A stretch of DNA of 64,000 bases from Octopus vulgaris (lineage: Eukaryota), in contig OX597826.1 in the NCBI GenBank assembly GCA_951406725.2, positions 64,232,001-64,296,000 on the forward strand, given 5' to 3'. Positions 39,250 to 52,899 of the stretch are shown here, one piece after another. Numbering within the stretch: the first letter of the stretch is position 1; each line of letters begins with the position of its first letter. The notes beneath the pieces were generated by a model that saw only the letters and a list, made by a program, of their open reading frames with translations, searched no databases and was not told the DNA's origin. The position numbers and the translations under genes were made by a program.

Positions 39250-41912
39250 GTGATAGTGGTGGTGGTGGTGATAGTAGAGGGTGCAGAGGTGTAGGTGGTA
39301 GAGGTGATGGTGGTGGTGGTGATAGTAGAGGGTGCAGAGGTGTAGGTGGTAGAGGTGATGGTGGTGGTGGTGATAGTAGAGGGTGCAGAGGTGAAGGTGG
39401 TAGAGGTGATGGTGGTAGTGGTGGTGATAGTAGAGGGTGCAGAGGTGTAGGTGGTAGAGGTGATGGTGGTGGTGGTGATAGTAGAGGGTGCAGAGGTGAA
39501 GGTGGTAGAGGTGATGGTGGTAGTGGTGGTGATAGTAGAGGGTGCAGAGGTGTAGGTGGTAGAGGTGATGGTGGTGGTGGTGATAGTAGAGGGTGTAGAG
39601 GTGTAGGTGGTAGAGGTGATGGTGGTGGTGGTGACAGCAGAGGGTGCAGAGGTGTAGGTGGTAGAGATGATGGTGGTGGTGGTGATAGTAGAGGGTGTAG
39701 AGGTGTAGGTGGTAGAGGTGATGTTGGTGGTGGTGACAGTAGAGGGTGCAGAGGTGTAGGTGGTAGAGGTGATGGTGGTGGTGGTGATAGTAGAGGGTGC
39801 AGAGGTGTAGGTGGTAGAGGTGATGGTGGTGGTGGTGGTGATAGTAGAGGGTGCAGAGGTGTAGGTGGTAGAGGTGATGGTGGTGGTGGTGACAGTAGAG
39901 GGTGCAGAGGTGTAGGTGGTAGAGGTGATGGTGGTGGTGGTGATAGTAGAGGGTGCAGAGGTGTAGGTGGTAGAGGTGATGGTGGTGGTGGTGATAGTAG
40001 AGGGTGCAGAGGTGTAGGTGGTAGAGGTGATGGTGGTGGTGGTGATAGTAGAGGGTGCAGAGGTGTAGGTGGTAGAGGTGATGGTGGTGGTGGTGGTGAT
40101 AGTAGAGGGTGCAGAGGTGTAGGTGGTAGAGGTGATGGTGGTGGTGGTGACAGTAGAGGGTGCAGAGGTGTAGGTGGTAGAGGTGATGGTGGTGGTGGTG
40201 ATAGTAGAGGGTGCAGAGGTGTAGGTGGTAGAGGTGATGGTGGTGGTGGTGATAGTAGAGGGTGCAGAGGTGTAGGTGGTAGAGGTGATGGTGGTGGTGG
40301 TGATAGTAGAGGGTGCAGAGGTGTAGGTGGTAGAGGTGATGGTGGTGGTGGTGATAGTAGAGGTGGTAGAGGTGATGGTGGTGGTGGTGATAGTAGAGGG
40401 TGCAGAGGTGTAGGTGGTAGAGGTGATGGTGGTGGTGGTGGTGATAGTAGAGGTGATGGTGGTGGTGGTGGTGATAGTAGAGGGTGCAGAGGTGTTAGGT
40501 GGTAGAGGTGATGGTGGTGGTGGTGACAGTAGAGGGTGCAGAGGTGTAGGTGGTAGAGGTGATGGTGGTGGTGGTGATAGTAGAGGGTGCAGAGGTGTAG
40601 GTGGTAGAGGTGATGGTGGTGGTGGTGATAGTAGAGGGTGCAGAGGTGTAGGTGGTAGAGGTGATGGTGGTGGTGGTGGTGATAGTAGAGGGTGCAGAGG
40701 TGTAGGTGGTAGAGGTGATGGTGGTGGTGGTGACAGTAGAGGGTGCAGAGGTGTAGGTGGTAGAGGTGATGGTGGTGGTGGTGATAGTAGAGGGTGCAGA
40801 GGTGTAGGTGGTAGAGGTGATGGTGGTGGTGGTGATAGTAGAGGGTGCAGAGGTGTAGGTGGTAGAGGTGATGGTGGTGGTGGTGATAGTAGAGGGTGCA
40901 GAGGTGTAGGTGGTAGAGGTGATGGTGGTGGTGGTGGTGATAGTAGAGGGTGCAGAGGTGTAGGTGGTAGAGGTGATGGTGGTGGTGGTGACAGTAGAGG
41001 GTGCAGAGGTGTAGGTGGTAGAGGTGATGGTGGTGGTGGTGACAGTAGAGGGTGGAGAGGTGTAGGTGGTAGAGGTGATGGTGGGGTGGTGACAGTAGAG
41101 GGTGCAGAGGTGTAGGTGGTAGAGGTGATGGTGGTGGTGGTGATAGTAGAGGGTGCAGAGGTGTAGGTGGTAGAGGTGATGGTGGTGGTGGTGGTGATAG
41201 TAGAGGGTGCAGAGGTGTAGGTGGTAGAGGTGATGGTGGTGGTGGTGATAGTAGAGGGTGCAGAGGTGTAGGTGGTAGAGGTGATGGTGGTGGTGGTGGT
41301 GATAGTAGAGGGTGCAGAGGTGTAGGTGGTAGAGGTGATGGTGGTGGTGGTGATAGTAGAGGGTGCAGAGGTGTAGGTGGTAGAGGTGATGGTGGTGGTG
41401 GTGATAGTAGAGGGTGCAGAGGTGTAGGTGGTAGAGGTGATGGTGGCGGTGGTGGTAGTAGAGGGTGCAGAGGTGTAGGTGGTAGAGGTGATGGTGATGG
41501 TGGTGGTGATAGTAGAGGGTGCAGAGGTGTAGGTGGTAGAAGTGATGGTGGTGGTGGTGATAGTAGAGGGTGCAGAGGTGTAGGTGGTAGAGGTGATGGT
41601 GGTGGTGGTGATAGTAGAGGGTGCAGAGGTGTAGGTGGTAGAGGTGATGGTGGTGACAGTAGAGGGTGCAGAGGTGTAGGTGGTAGAGGTAATGGTGGTG
41701 GTGGTGACAGTAGAGGGTGCAGAGGTGTAGGTGGTAGAGGTGATGGTGGTGGTGGTGATAGTAGAGGGTGTAGAGGTGTAGGTGGTAGAGGTGATGGTGG
41801 TGGTGGTGATAGTAGAGGGTGCAGAGGTGTAGGTGGTAGAGGTGATGGTGGTGGTGGTGATAGTAGAGGGTGCAGAGGTGTAGGTGGTAGAGGTGATGGT
41901 GGCGGTGGTGGT
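39250..41912. repeat. G-rich minisatellite, ~51-bp unit, about 50 copies
   Basis: Unit GGTGATAGTAGAGGGTGCAGAGGTGTAGGTGGTAGAGGTGATGGTGGTGGT with a variable GGT count. Confidence 0.95.
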
Positions 41913-42049
41913 ATTAAATGGTCACATGGTAGTATGGTCATATGGTGTGATGTAGCAGTATGTCACTGTTGACATGTTATGATGCAATTTGTATTGTAAC
42001 TTGCAAAGGTTACATACAGGCTTGTGTCCTGTACTTATTGACTTAACAA

Positions 42050-42255
42050 CCCTTTAGCATTTAAACAGGCCATTTCCAGCCAAAACTCAAAACTCATCCC
42101 TGTTTTATGTCAAAACTGGCCAGGTCTGGCTTCTCACACCTACCCTACAATGTCATTCTAAAAAGTGAACTATCACCACACTGAATTCTCAAAGCTTCAA
42201 GACAACTTCAATAAATAAGTATAACATCTAACAGCATAATTTGAATGCTAAAGGG
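42050..42255. mobile_element. piggyBac-like MITE (decayed)
   Basis: aaccctttagcatt ... aatgctaaagggtt inverted termini. Confidence 0.6.
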
Positions 42256-42981
42256 TTCAGCCCTTCCTTTCCTTTGGAGCAGTGAGCATCAACACCTTTT
42301 TCCTACTGTTCTTGACTCTAATCTGTCTTTTCTGCTTTTTTCCAGTTTGGTCCCTGTGACTTTATCTCTACCTCCTTAAAGGAAGGCCTTCCTCTCCCAG
42401 GTCTTATAGTACTGCCTGACTGGCCCTCATGCTGGTGGCACGTAAAAGCACTCACTACACTGTTGGAGTGGTTGGTGTTAGGAAGGGCATCCAGCTGTAG
42501 AAACTCTGCCAGATCAGATTGGAGTCTGGTGCAGGCATCTGGTTCGCCAGACCTCAGTCAAATCGTCCGACCTATGCTAGCATGGAAAGCGGTCGTTAAG
42601 TGATGGTGAGGATGATGATGACGATCCTAAAATTTTGCTTTTTTCTATTTTGGGGTCCTGGACCAACACAAACCCACTTTAATCTCTCGGAACAGCTGGT
42701 CCATATTATCCTGGTCTCTATCCTTTGAACTTGTCTAGCATGGGAGGCTCTATTGGGGGCTTACACTCTACTTGCATAGTTCTCTGGGTCACTGAGGCAC
42801 GTAAACTACCACATTTCAACAAGGACTAGACCTTGTGGTGGTTATTTCCTGTATTGAGAAATAAGATAAGAGCATTAGGAGATAGTATAAAACATCCTTT
42901 GTAACAAATATGAAAAACTACAACTGATTATTAATGTTATCATTCTCATCATTGTCGTCATTGTTGGTATCATCGTTTTTG

Positions 42982-43018
<37 letters not shown>

Positions 43019-43504
43019 TACTGTTTTCATGTCTGACCATAACTAAGTGTTTGAGTCCTTTCATGAGCAATGTCGTTAGAAGATTGAGAAGTTGTAATCA
43101 TCATCATTGTCATCGTCGTCGTCGTCGTCATCGTCGTCATCGTCATCATCATCATCATTATCATCACCATCATTGTTTTAACATCCAATTTCACATGCTT
43201 GCATGGTTAGTCATTGACACTTTGCTTTCCCCCCACCAACATGTTTTGGAGGTTGTTAGGCAGATTAAACGACTAGAGACATAGGTTAGAAGAGATAAGC
43301 TCCTCGGCCAAAGCTGTTTACCTTGGAAATAAATCAACATAGGCACAGGTTGGGTTTATTCTTAAGAAGTTTGCTTCCCAACTGCATGATTTTGCGTTCA
43401 GCCCTTGGCCAACAAAAGCCTTGTGAGTGAATTTGGCAGATGGAACTAGATAGAGGCTCATCACATATATGTGTGTGGTGTGTGTATCACTCACTCTCTA
43501 TTTC

Positions 43505-43561
<57 letters not shown>

Positions 43562-43577
43562 CAATTATATATAAATA

Positions 43578-43820
43578 GGTGCAGGAGTGGCTGTATCGTA
43601 AGTAGCTTGCTTACCAGCCACATGGTTCCGGGTTCATTCCCACTGCATGGTACCTTGGGCAAGTGTCTTCTACTATAGCCTCGGGCCAACCAAAGCCTTG
43701 TGAGTGGATTTGGTAGACAGAAACTAAAAGAAGCCTGACATATGTATGTATATATATATATATGTATATATTTGTATTCCACCTGCCTTCGTCTTTTGTT
43801 TATTTTCATAAAGCTTCCCG

Positions 43821-43868
<48 letters not shown>

Positions 43869-44133
43869 GTATATATATATATGTATGTATGTGTGTGTAT
43901 ATGTTTTTGTGTCTGTGTTTGTCCCCCCCCCCCACCAACATGGTTTGACAACTGATAGTGGTGTGCTTAAGTCCCTGTAACTTAGCAGTTCGGCAAAAAA
44001 GACCGATAGAATAAGTACTAGGCTTACAAAGAATAAGCCCTGGGGTTGATTTGCTTGACTAAATGTGGTGCTCCAGCATAGCCGCAAGTCAAATGACTGA
44101 AGCAAGTAGAAAGAGTAAAAAAGAGTAAAGAGT
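43578..44133 (+). mobile_element. SINE family A copy with nested fragment (43770-43822) in its TA tract
   Basis: Colinear with 73-480; the insert is the reverse complement of the 21648 element end. Confidence 0.8.
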
Positions 44134-44251
44134 AGTTAATAATATTTATCATACTAGAGCTGCTTTTATTTCATATATAATATATGCCCCAGCATGGCCA
44201 CAGCTCGTGAGCTGAAACTAGATAAAATAAAATAAAAAATAAAATAAATAT

Positions 44252-44463
44252 GTATTTCTTTATTGCCCACAAGGAGCTAAACACAGAGGGGACAAACAAG
44301 GACAGACAAAGGGATTAAGTCGATTACATCGACCCCAGTGCGTAACTGGTACTTAATTTATCGACCCCGAAAGGATGAAAGGCAAAGTCGACCTCGGTGG
44401 AATTTGAACTCGGAACATAACGGCCGACGAAGTACGGCTATGCATTTCGCCCGGCGTGCTAAT
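44252..44463 (-). mobile_element. SINE family B copy
   Basis: Colinear with other copies. Confidence 0.8.
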
Positions 44464-45680
44464 ATGTGTTTATATAAACAGCCGCAACCACACACATACA
44501 CACATATGCACATACACATGCTATCATTACATACACACACACACACAGACCTGTGTGCACGGACATAAACCCCCCCCACACCCACACACACACATACCTC
44601 CTTCTCTTGCACTCTCCTGTCTTAGAAATAACTTTTTCTTTACCCATTCCCTTCCAGTCATTTCAATATGTGAGAGCCGACAAGTATACAAACCAAACTG
44701 AAAACAATTGTGCTTTGAATTTTGTAATGTCTGGTTGATGGAAGTTATTACTCAAGGTCAATGTCTCACTCACTCACTCCCTCTGTCATTCCCTCTCTCC
44801 CTTTCTTTCCCTCTCTTTCTTCCTCTCTCTCCCCTTTGTTTCTCTCTCTCTCTCTCTCCCTCCCCTTTTGTTTCTCTCCCCTTCTCTGTCTCTGTCCGTT
44901 TGTCTGTCTGTCTGTCTCTGTCTGTTTGTCTGTCTGTCTGTCTGCCTGCCTACCTCTCCCTCCCCTTTTGTTTCTCTACCCTTCTCTGTCTGTCTGTCTG
45001 TCTGTCTCTGTCTGTTTGTCTGTCTGTCTGTCTGCCTGCCTGCCTCTCTCTCCCCTTCCCCCACCCCTATCTCATTCTCTTTCTCTTCCGTTCTGACTTG
45101 ATTGTGGTTTGATAGCAACACATGACATATTACAAGTAAAACACTTTGCTTTATATAGAATAGTAATTAATTGTTTCTGATTTAGGCACAAGGCCGGCAA
45201 TATTGAGGAGAGTTCATGGGTGGGGGTGGGGGTAAGCAATTGCATTAAGTTCCAGTACTTGACTGATATTTTGTTGCTTTTCGACCTTAGAAGAATGAAA
45301 ACCAGAGTGGACCTCAGTGGGATTTGAACATACGATATTCTAATAATGCTACCAATCTACTGCCCTTATAATAATAATAATAATAATAATAATAATCAAT
45401 TCTTTTTTATTGGCCACAAGGGCTGACACGCATGATTACATAAAGGGACAAGACAGGACGAAAGTTTACAAAGGGTTTTGTCCGTTTTTTTTTAAAACAT
45501 CGAGTAAAAATCTTTATAACAACTTATAAAATTCAACAATGAAAAACTCCCAAAAGGGGGAGACGTCTCGAAATGTTCCCGGTGGAAAAAACCCTACAAA
45601 AGCCAACGGGAGCCTGGTCAAAAAAAGGGGGTGTAGAGAGTCCCCTTTCTTCTCCTTTTACATTACCTTTTTCTTTGAAA

Positions 45681-48600
45681 TCACAGGCGAAACCTGAGAA
45701 CTGGTCCATTTATACAGGCCAGTCTCGCACAATTCACCCACCTTTCATAAAACTTGCTATCGGACAGCACTTTCCTCTCTAACCTCATCTTCCTTTTCAA
45801 GTGAAACTTGAAAAAGTTGATGAGGCCTTGACCAAAGAGGAAAGTGTCTGACTTTAGCCCTTTCAAACGAGTCCACCACACCACCTCTTTCGCCACAGCC
45901 ACAAGGCACAAGAAAACGGCCTCGCCCTCCTTGTTAAAGGAGGTCGGCGGGGCAATCTTCACTATGGATTCGGCCGATAGTCGGATCCGTCCTACACGCG
46001 ACAGTAGCTGTTCGACATAAACCCATATTTCAGCAATACTCGGGCACTGGACGAGTGCGTGCAGAACGGTTTCGTCGTCATGGCAACACCTCGGGCAGGC
46101 CCGGCTGACGGCACTTCCGTGCCGGTAGAGTTTATCTCGAACAGGCAGAGCCCCTCGGTAGCACTGCCAGGCGAGAGACCTCTGGAAATTATCCATCGGC
46201 CCCGGCCCGAAAGTCCTCCCGAACAGACTGCTCAGTTCGTCGTCTTCAACGCCTAGAGTTTCCCCGAGAACGTCGTCGCATTTTTCCTCCACTAACCCTC
46301 TATAGAACGCTAGAGTGGAGCTGTAACCGACCGCATTGCCCGCCTGGTGGAGGGCGGAGAGGGCTTGACGGCACTCGAGGTGCCAAGCGCCCTTTCTCGG
46401 TCTACGTTTGATCCAGGTCTGCAGCTCCGTCAAAGAGACGAGCTGCGGAAAATCGCGTCTGACAAAAGACGACCACACCTGTTCACCGTCTAGGAAGCGC
46501 TTGAGATGCCGCAGCCTGAGCGCATGTCTGCGCAACAGCAACCACGGCATTCCAAGGCCTCCGTTCAGCGGTCGTTGACAGCAGATGGATCGCCTGACCA
46601 GTGGCACCTGACCCTTCCACAAAAAGTCGAAGAGCAGGTGTACCAGCTTGGCCAACCAGCGGTCGGGACAAGGGACGACGGTCAAGCGGTAATAGATGAC
46701 GGATGCGATGTACGCATTCGCCACCTCCGCTCGACCTTTCAGGGACAGCTTCCTCTCGGCCCATTTCTGGGTGAGACGTGCCACCCTGCTCGTCACCTCT
46801 TCCCAGTTCTTATCCACCTGGAGGTCCGGACCGAACCAGACCCCGAGCAGTTTAACGGGTCCGTCTGTCCAGCGCCCTACGACGCTGTTGGACGGCATGG
46901 GCTTGCCTCTCCAGGTGCCCAGTTGCAAGCCCACAGACTTTTCCGCGTTAATCTTTGCCCCTGTCACCGCTTCGTACTGGTTTAGCGTCTCGCCAATCAG
47001 GCCAATGTGCCTGTGGCTCGACACCACCACGGTGACGTCGTCGGCATAAGCAGACACGCTGTTTCCGCCTCCTAGATCGCGCGGGATGCCCCTCAAAGCC
47101 TCCAACTTGCGCAGTAATGGCTCGAGAGTCAAAATGTACAAGAGGGAGGAGAGAGGGCATCCTTGGCGGACCGAACGCGAGATGTCGAACGGTTCCGAAA
47201 GGTGACCGTTCACCCGTATCACCGAGCAGATGTTGCTGTATAAAGCAGCGATCCACCCGCGGAAGACTGGACCGAAGCCGGCTGCCTTGAGGACAGCTGC
47301 CAGGTACCGATGGTCGACCCTATCGAAGGCTTTACTCTGATCCAAGTTGATCAAAGCCCCACCCGCGCCAGCGTCGTTACCCACCCTCTCTATGATGTAG
47401 CGCATGAGATGGAGGTTGTCGTGTATCGACCTGGTCGGCACGGCGCATGTCTGCGTCCCGCCGACCAGCTTGTCCACGACAAGCGCCAATCTCTTGGCTA
47501 GCACCTTGGCCAAAATCTTCAACTCTGCATTGAGCAGAGTGATGGGCCGGAAATTGCCTATAACGTCCCCCTTGTTTGGGTCCTTCTTTAGCAAAGCCAC
47601 CACCCCTCGACAGACAAAAGCAGGAATTCTCCCGTTTTGCTGCCAGTTGCAGTAGACGTTTGCCAACAGGTCCGCAAACAAGTCTGGCATTGAAAAGTAA
47701 AGCTCGTAGGGCAGACCATCCAAACCCGGCGATCTACCTCTCGTGCAACTCTTCATCGCTTCCTGTACTTCCCAGGCAGATATCGGTCCTTCGCAGCACT
47801 CTGCCTCGCTGTCCGAGAGTTGCGGCAGTCCGTCCAGGTACACACCGAAGTCTGTACCGTTGGTGTCCGTTCCACCGCTCGTCCCAAACAGTTGAGCAAA
47901 GTGCCGCTGAAGTACCGTACACATCTGCTTCGGTTGGGTAACCTCGCGCCCGTTCTGGTCCACCAAAGACCGAATGGTTGCTCTGTTGCCTCGCTTCGCC
48001 TCCGCCACGCGGGCCCATCGAGCGGCTCTAGTCCCCTCCCCGCTTAGCGAACGTGCCTTAGCTCTGACAACGCAGCCTTCGTGTTTGGCGTCGAAGTGTT
48101 GGTCGAGGGCCAACCTTGCCGCCAACACGTCGGTCGCGATGCCAGTGTCAAGAGCCTCGTCTAGTTTCTTAACTAAATCCCGCTCTCTCTTCCTACGTTC
48201 AATAGCTAGAGTCTTACTATACCTAATCGACTCTACTCTAATTGCTCTCTTGAGGGCAAACCACCAGTTGTTGTTGATGATTGCCCCGTGAGCGCCCGCT
48301 TAACTAGTAAACTAATCCGGTCTCTGTAAGCTTTGCACGCCGTTAACGACGCGTTCAGCTTCCAGTAGCCGGGTCCCTGTCTATGTAGCCTATCTAAGTC
48401 GACCGTACAGATCACTAATTTGTGGTCCGTATATTCGACTAGGTGGAATTGTGGACACCCTACGCTGTCCTTATCCGCTGGCCTACAAAACACTCTATCT
48501 AAGTACGATCTAGACGACCCGATGCGGTTTGTCCAAGTCCACATTGGCACATTCGGGTTGTCTAGTCGAAACCTGTCGGACAGCTGAAAGCGGCCGAGTA

Positions 48601-49114
48601 GGTTGGCGAGGCTCTTGCACCCACCCCCTCTCCTAACAGACGCTCCCCTGCCCACCCGATCGAAACGTTCGTCTAAGACAGCGTTCCAATCCCCAACTAG
48701 TACTAGAGTGCGTGACGTTCCCAGGAAAACTTCCAGACGTTTGAAATAATCCGACTGCCCTGCTCCTGTCGGAGCGTAGGCAGCCAGCAGTCTGAAAGCA
48801 CCGCCGTCACTACCGTCCACGTCGAGGACCACCAACTTACCTTCCGGATCCAAGAAGACTGTTCTTATTTTCAGGTCCAGGCCCTTCCGAAACAACACCG
48901 CAGTACCACCACCGCCCGCTCCCGGCCGACACGGAGATAGAAATATCTCGTATCCGCCGAAAAGGGCTGCGAGTTCCTGCGGGTCGGAGAGCCTGGTTTC
49001 ACTGATGGCTGCTATATCCACATCATGAAACCTCAGGTCGTTTAACAGGTGACCCTGTTTCCAAGGTGACCCGAGGCCTCTCACATTCAAGCAACCGATT
49101 CTAAGATTTGCCAT
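45681..49114 (-). CDS. LINE ORF2: AP endonuclease, reverse transcriptase and C-terminal zinc finger (one frameshift at ~48285)
   Basis: LNVRGL, ISET, GDWN, LDR, TDH endonuclease motifs; SPGLDG, FRPITLLN, DQSKAFD, VRQGCPLS, YADD RT motifs; CPRC..ETVLHALVQC. Confidence 0.92.
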
Positions 49115-49154
49115 GTCTCAAGAATTAGGGAAAAAAAAAAGGAGAAAAAAGGCT

Positions 49155-51032
49155 CTACTTACTGTTGTTGGTGGTGGGGGTGGCTCCCTTGTGCTTTTGC
49201 ACGGGTGCTTCAATAATATTTTTGTAAAGTTTCTGAGAGAAACTTTTCCCTAACGATCCCACATCGTTAGGGAATATTTGTTTTATTTCATTGTACACTG
49301 TTTTGTTTATTTTTATTGTGAGAATGTGTGCTGGTGGTGTGTTGTGTGTAGGTATTATGAAATCTGTAATGTTTGTGCTTGTTTTGTTTTTCAAATACTC
49401 AACCAGTTCCTGGTTTCTTGTATTCACTGCTGTAATCGTGTCTGTAATTGTATCTGTGTTTGTTTGTGTCTGTGGTAGTGGCAGTAGTGGTGTCGAAAGT
49501 GTTGTTGTTGTTGTTTGTTGTTGTGAGTGTGTGTTGTTGTTGATGTTGTTGTTGATGTTGGGAAGTACTATTTGTTCGTGCTTCCCCTGTAAAACTTTTT
49601 GTTTTTTCCTCCTTTTCTTTTTGGAGGTACTATATTCCATTCTCCTTTGTTGGAATCCGAGCTCGCACAATCCGAGATCTCTTCATCCGGCAAAGGAATG
49701 GTTGAGGGGTCTGCTTCAGTAGCAGGACGAAAAGTTTTAGGTTCCGCCGGTATCGGTGGTGCCGCTGCTCCTGTTACTGTTGATGTCGCTGCTGTCGACC
49801 TTCGAGGTACTGGTGTCGGTGTTGGTTTGGTGGTGGTTGTCGGTGTTGGTTTGGTGGTGGTTGTTGTTGTTGGAGGTGGTGTTGTTCGTCTTGGTGCTGG
49901 TGTTGGTGATGGTGTTGGTGGTGTGGCAGCCTTTGGTTTTTCTTGCTGTTTTTGTTGTTTCTGTTGTTGTTGCTTGTGTTGTTGTTGTTGTTGTTGTTGT
50001 TGCTGCTGCCTCTTGCTATACTCCTCCATTCTCTTTTTTTGAATGGGGCAGTCCCTTTTAGGTGGCTTTCGCTACTGCAGAGGAAACATTTTGGCTTTCG
50101 CCCCTCTACAATAACATTTAGCCTGGTCCCATCCAGCAAGATGACAAAGTCAGGTATGGCATTGATGTTTTCCTGCTGGATCTGTACCAGCAGTTGAATA
50201 CCCATGCCTGACCAGTTCTTTTCTCGTACCCTCCGAACATTCAGAATAGTGGCAGTGTCCTCTATGCCATAGAGGACAGCCGCCACTAGCCATGAGATTT
50301 TCTGTTCGGGGGTATTGTGCTTATGGTTATTTTTTGTACCTTACGCCCGAGGTACGTCGGGACGAGGAACAAATGTTCATTTTGCAAGGGCGAAATGGCG
50401 TTTGCCCTTGCAAGCTCCTCTGTTGGGAAGCGAACCTCCACGGTTCCAAATCGCTTCCCTCTTGTCACATAGCTCTTCTGGCCCCAAATGGGCTTCAGAG
50501 CCATCTCCAACTGTTGTGGTGTGGCGTTAAACAATCTTTTAGTTTTCTTTTCGAAGACTTTATAAAAGATTGTTCTTTTGCTTGTTTCTTGTGTGAGTTG
50601 TTGAGGTGTGTTGAGGAAAACACTGTTCCCCTCCTTTCTCAACAAATCTTGTGCCATTTTTATGTCCTCCATTGTAATTTCTACATCTTCCGAAATTTGC
50701 TTCGCAGCAGAAGCAAAATCGTTAGAAGCTTTTACAGTTTTTTGTTGGTTCTTGTCTGTGTTTGTGTCTGTTATAATTTTCTTTACCTCCCCCTTCGGTA
50801 CAGCATCACTTGTTGAAGGCAGAGGGGGAAATCAAGAGTGACGTCGAACGCGACGTCCTGGCATGCATTCTCCTTTTGAACCGAGCGCGTGCTCTCCGGT
50901 TCGGAAGGAGGAGCTTTGTTGCCTTTTACGGCCTGAAATGGGTTGTACGTAACCCGTGACGTTATTTTTTTTGTTCTTGTAGGGGGGTGTTGCAAGAAGG
51001 AGGGAAGAGCCAGCAGCTCGTTTTAGTGCCAT
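49155..51032 (-). CDS. LINE ORF1 (Gag-like, CCHC knuckle), several frameshifts
   Basis: Consecutive ORF pieces; CFLCSSESHLK(RDC) knuckle restored by +1 nt; Q/T/P-rich tail. Confidence 0.7.
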
Positions 51033-51250
51033 TTTGTAATGTGTGTGTGCAAAAAATGTCAATTTCAAAAGGATAGACAGTAATTTCACCCCGAATGGGG
51101 CAAAATTTCGCCCAACCGACGAGCTCCGCAAGAAGCCGGTCGGTTTGGCTACAAAAATATTAAAAAATATTCAAGCTTATTAAAAAATTTCCAACAAAAT
51201 TGGCACAAAACTCACAGAGCTGATTCACGTACGTCCATCGGCGTCGGAAG

Positions 51251-51367
<117 letters not shown>

Positions 51368-51708
51368 TAATAATGATGATGATGATGATGATGACGATGA
51401 CGATGACGATGACGACGACGATGACGATGACGATAATAAATGCCTGGATGCTGTACCAGGCAGTGGCTCTTGTGGCTTCTGATCTTAACTGATTGGAAGT
51501 GTTATCATGTACATTGTTTTGTCTTGGTATAAAAGATGGGCTACAGCAAATATTCTGCTCAATACCACAGATTTGCTTGTCAGTTGCTTGACCATAACCA
51601 GTTGAACATGTCCCTTAATGGCTGACGATATGTGCATCTCTGATCACAAGCAGAAGTAGTGGGGGAGCATCATAGCCATGTGTTGAAAGGAATTCTTAGA
51701 GGTTTGAA

Positions 51709-51945
51709 TAATAATTGGTGCGTTGGGAACAGTAAGAAAAGCTGTAGACAAATAGCTGAAGGAGATTGAAATAGAATGTCTGGTAGAGCTCCTACATAAA
51801 GTTTCTTTGGGACAGCAAGGATTATCAGGAGGGTTCTAAGCACTTGAAAGACTGCTGAAAACTTGTGGATACCTAAGGTTATAGGTAGTAACCTGCTATC
51901 CACATAAATCCTACCAGGAATAAGACCGAACTTGTGCCAAACCAA

Positions 51946-51980
<35 letters not shown>
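51709..51980 (+). mobile_element. 3' end of an R4/Dong-like element ending in (AAT)n
   Basis: IIIGALGTV...LGTARIIRRVLST* then short 3'UTR and (AAT)n. Confidence 0.7.
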
Positions 51981-51983
<3 letters not shown>

Positions 51984-52899
51984 AAATTGAAGTGAATTTC
52001 AATCTCCATGAGCCTCATGCAATCATGTTTCAAAAACTGTCTTCATATAAGGAACTCAGAGACAGTGTTCACTCAAACATTTAGGCCAAACAGATGGCTT
52101 CAAAAGTCAAAATAAAAAGCAAAATTACAAGTGAATACTGGACTGGTGGTGACTATATTGAAGTATTGTATGCATTCTGTACACCATCACTCAACCCCAA
52201 ACATACAAGCATCATGGAAGAGAAATATGAACTATAGAGGAAAAAGATAAAAGATGTAAGAAAAATATAACAGAAAAAATATAAAATATAAAAATATAAC
52301 ATGTATGAAAGTTTCTTTTCTGTGAGGCTAGAATATCCACAATTGAAATAGACAAATATGTTGGTACAACACATACTGAAAATAGAACAGAACTTTCAAC
52401 CACAGTAAATGATAGACCACAAGCAAATGAAAATTGCACAGAACTTATTTTCCCACCAAAATACAGAGGATCCTACAAAAGAAAAAACACAGCATAGGCA
52501 ACTACACACACAATAGATGAAAAGCCAAACAAGATCTAAACTATTACAGAGCTGTCCACACAAGAAACACACAGTACAGTAAATCAAAAACACACAGAGA
52601 GATCACAGAGCTAGAAGCACAAAAGGCAGAGAACATACAAACATACAAGGAAATGCAGTAGAATAACAATACACCCTCAGCCCCCTCTACCAATAGCAAA
52701 TAGAACAACAATACACACTGGCACAGATCTGATAGAACTGATACTGAAGACAACTTGATTGAAACCATAAAAGAAAATAGAAGAGAACATCACAAAATCA
52801 ATAAACGTTTCAAACTACAAATGATTAACAGCTGTATGAAAGAATAAATAAATATAACGCCTTGCAGGAATATATGCTCGTGACATCAGACCACCTGAA

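Noticed and set aside
39038-41941. 967-aa Pro/His-rich ORF (extensin-like) and opposite-strand Gly/Arg ORFs
   Set aside because: They are a by-product of a 51-bp minisatellite, the repeat register shifts mid-ORF, and no splice or non-repeat coding context supports them
46059-48291. Antisense and alternative-frame ORFs within LINE ORF2
   Set aside because: Shadow ORFs of GC-rich coding sequence with no recognisable motifs
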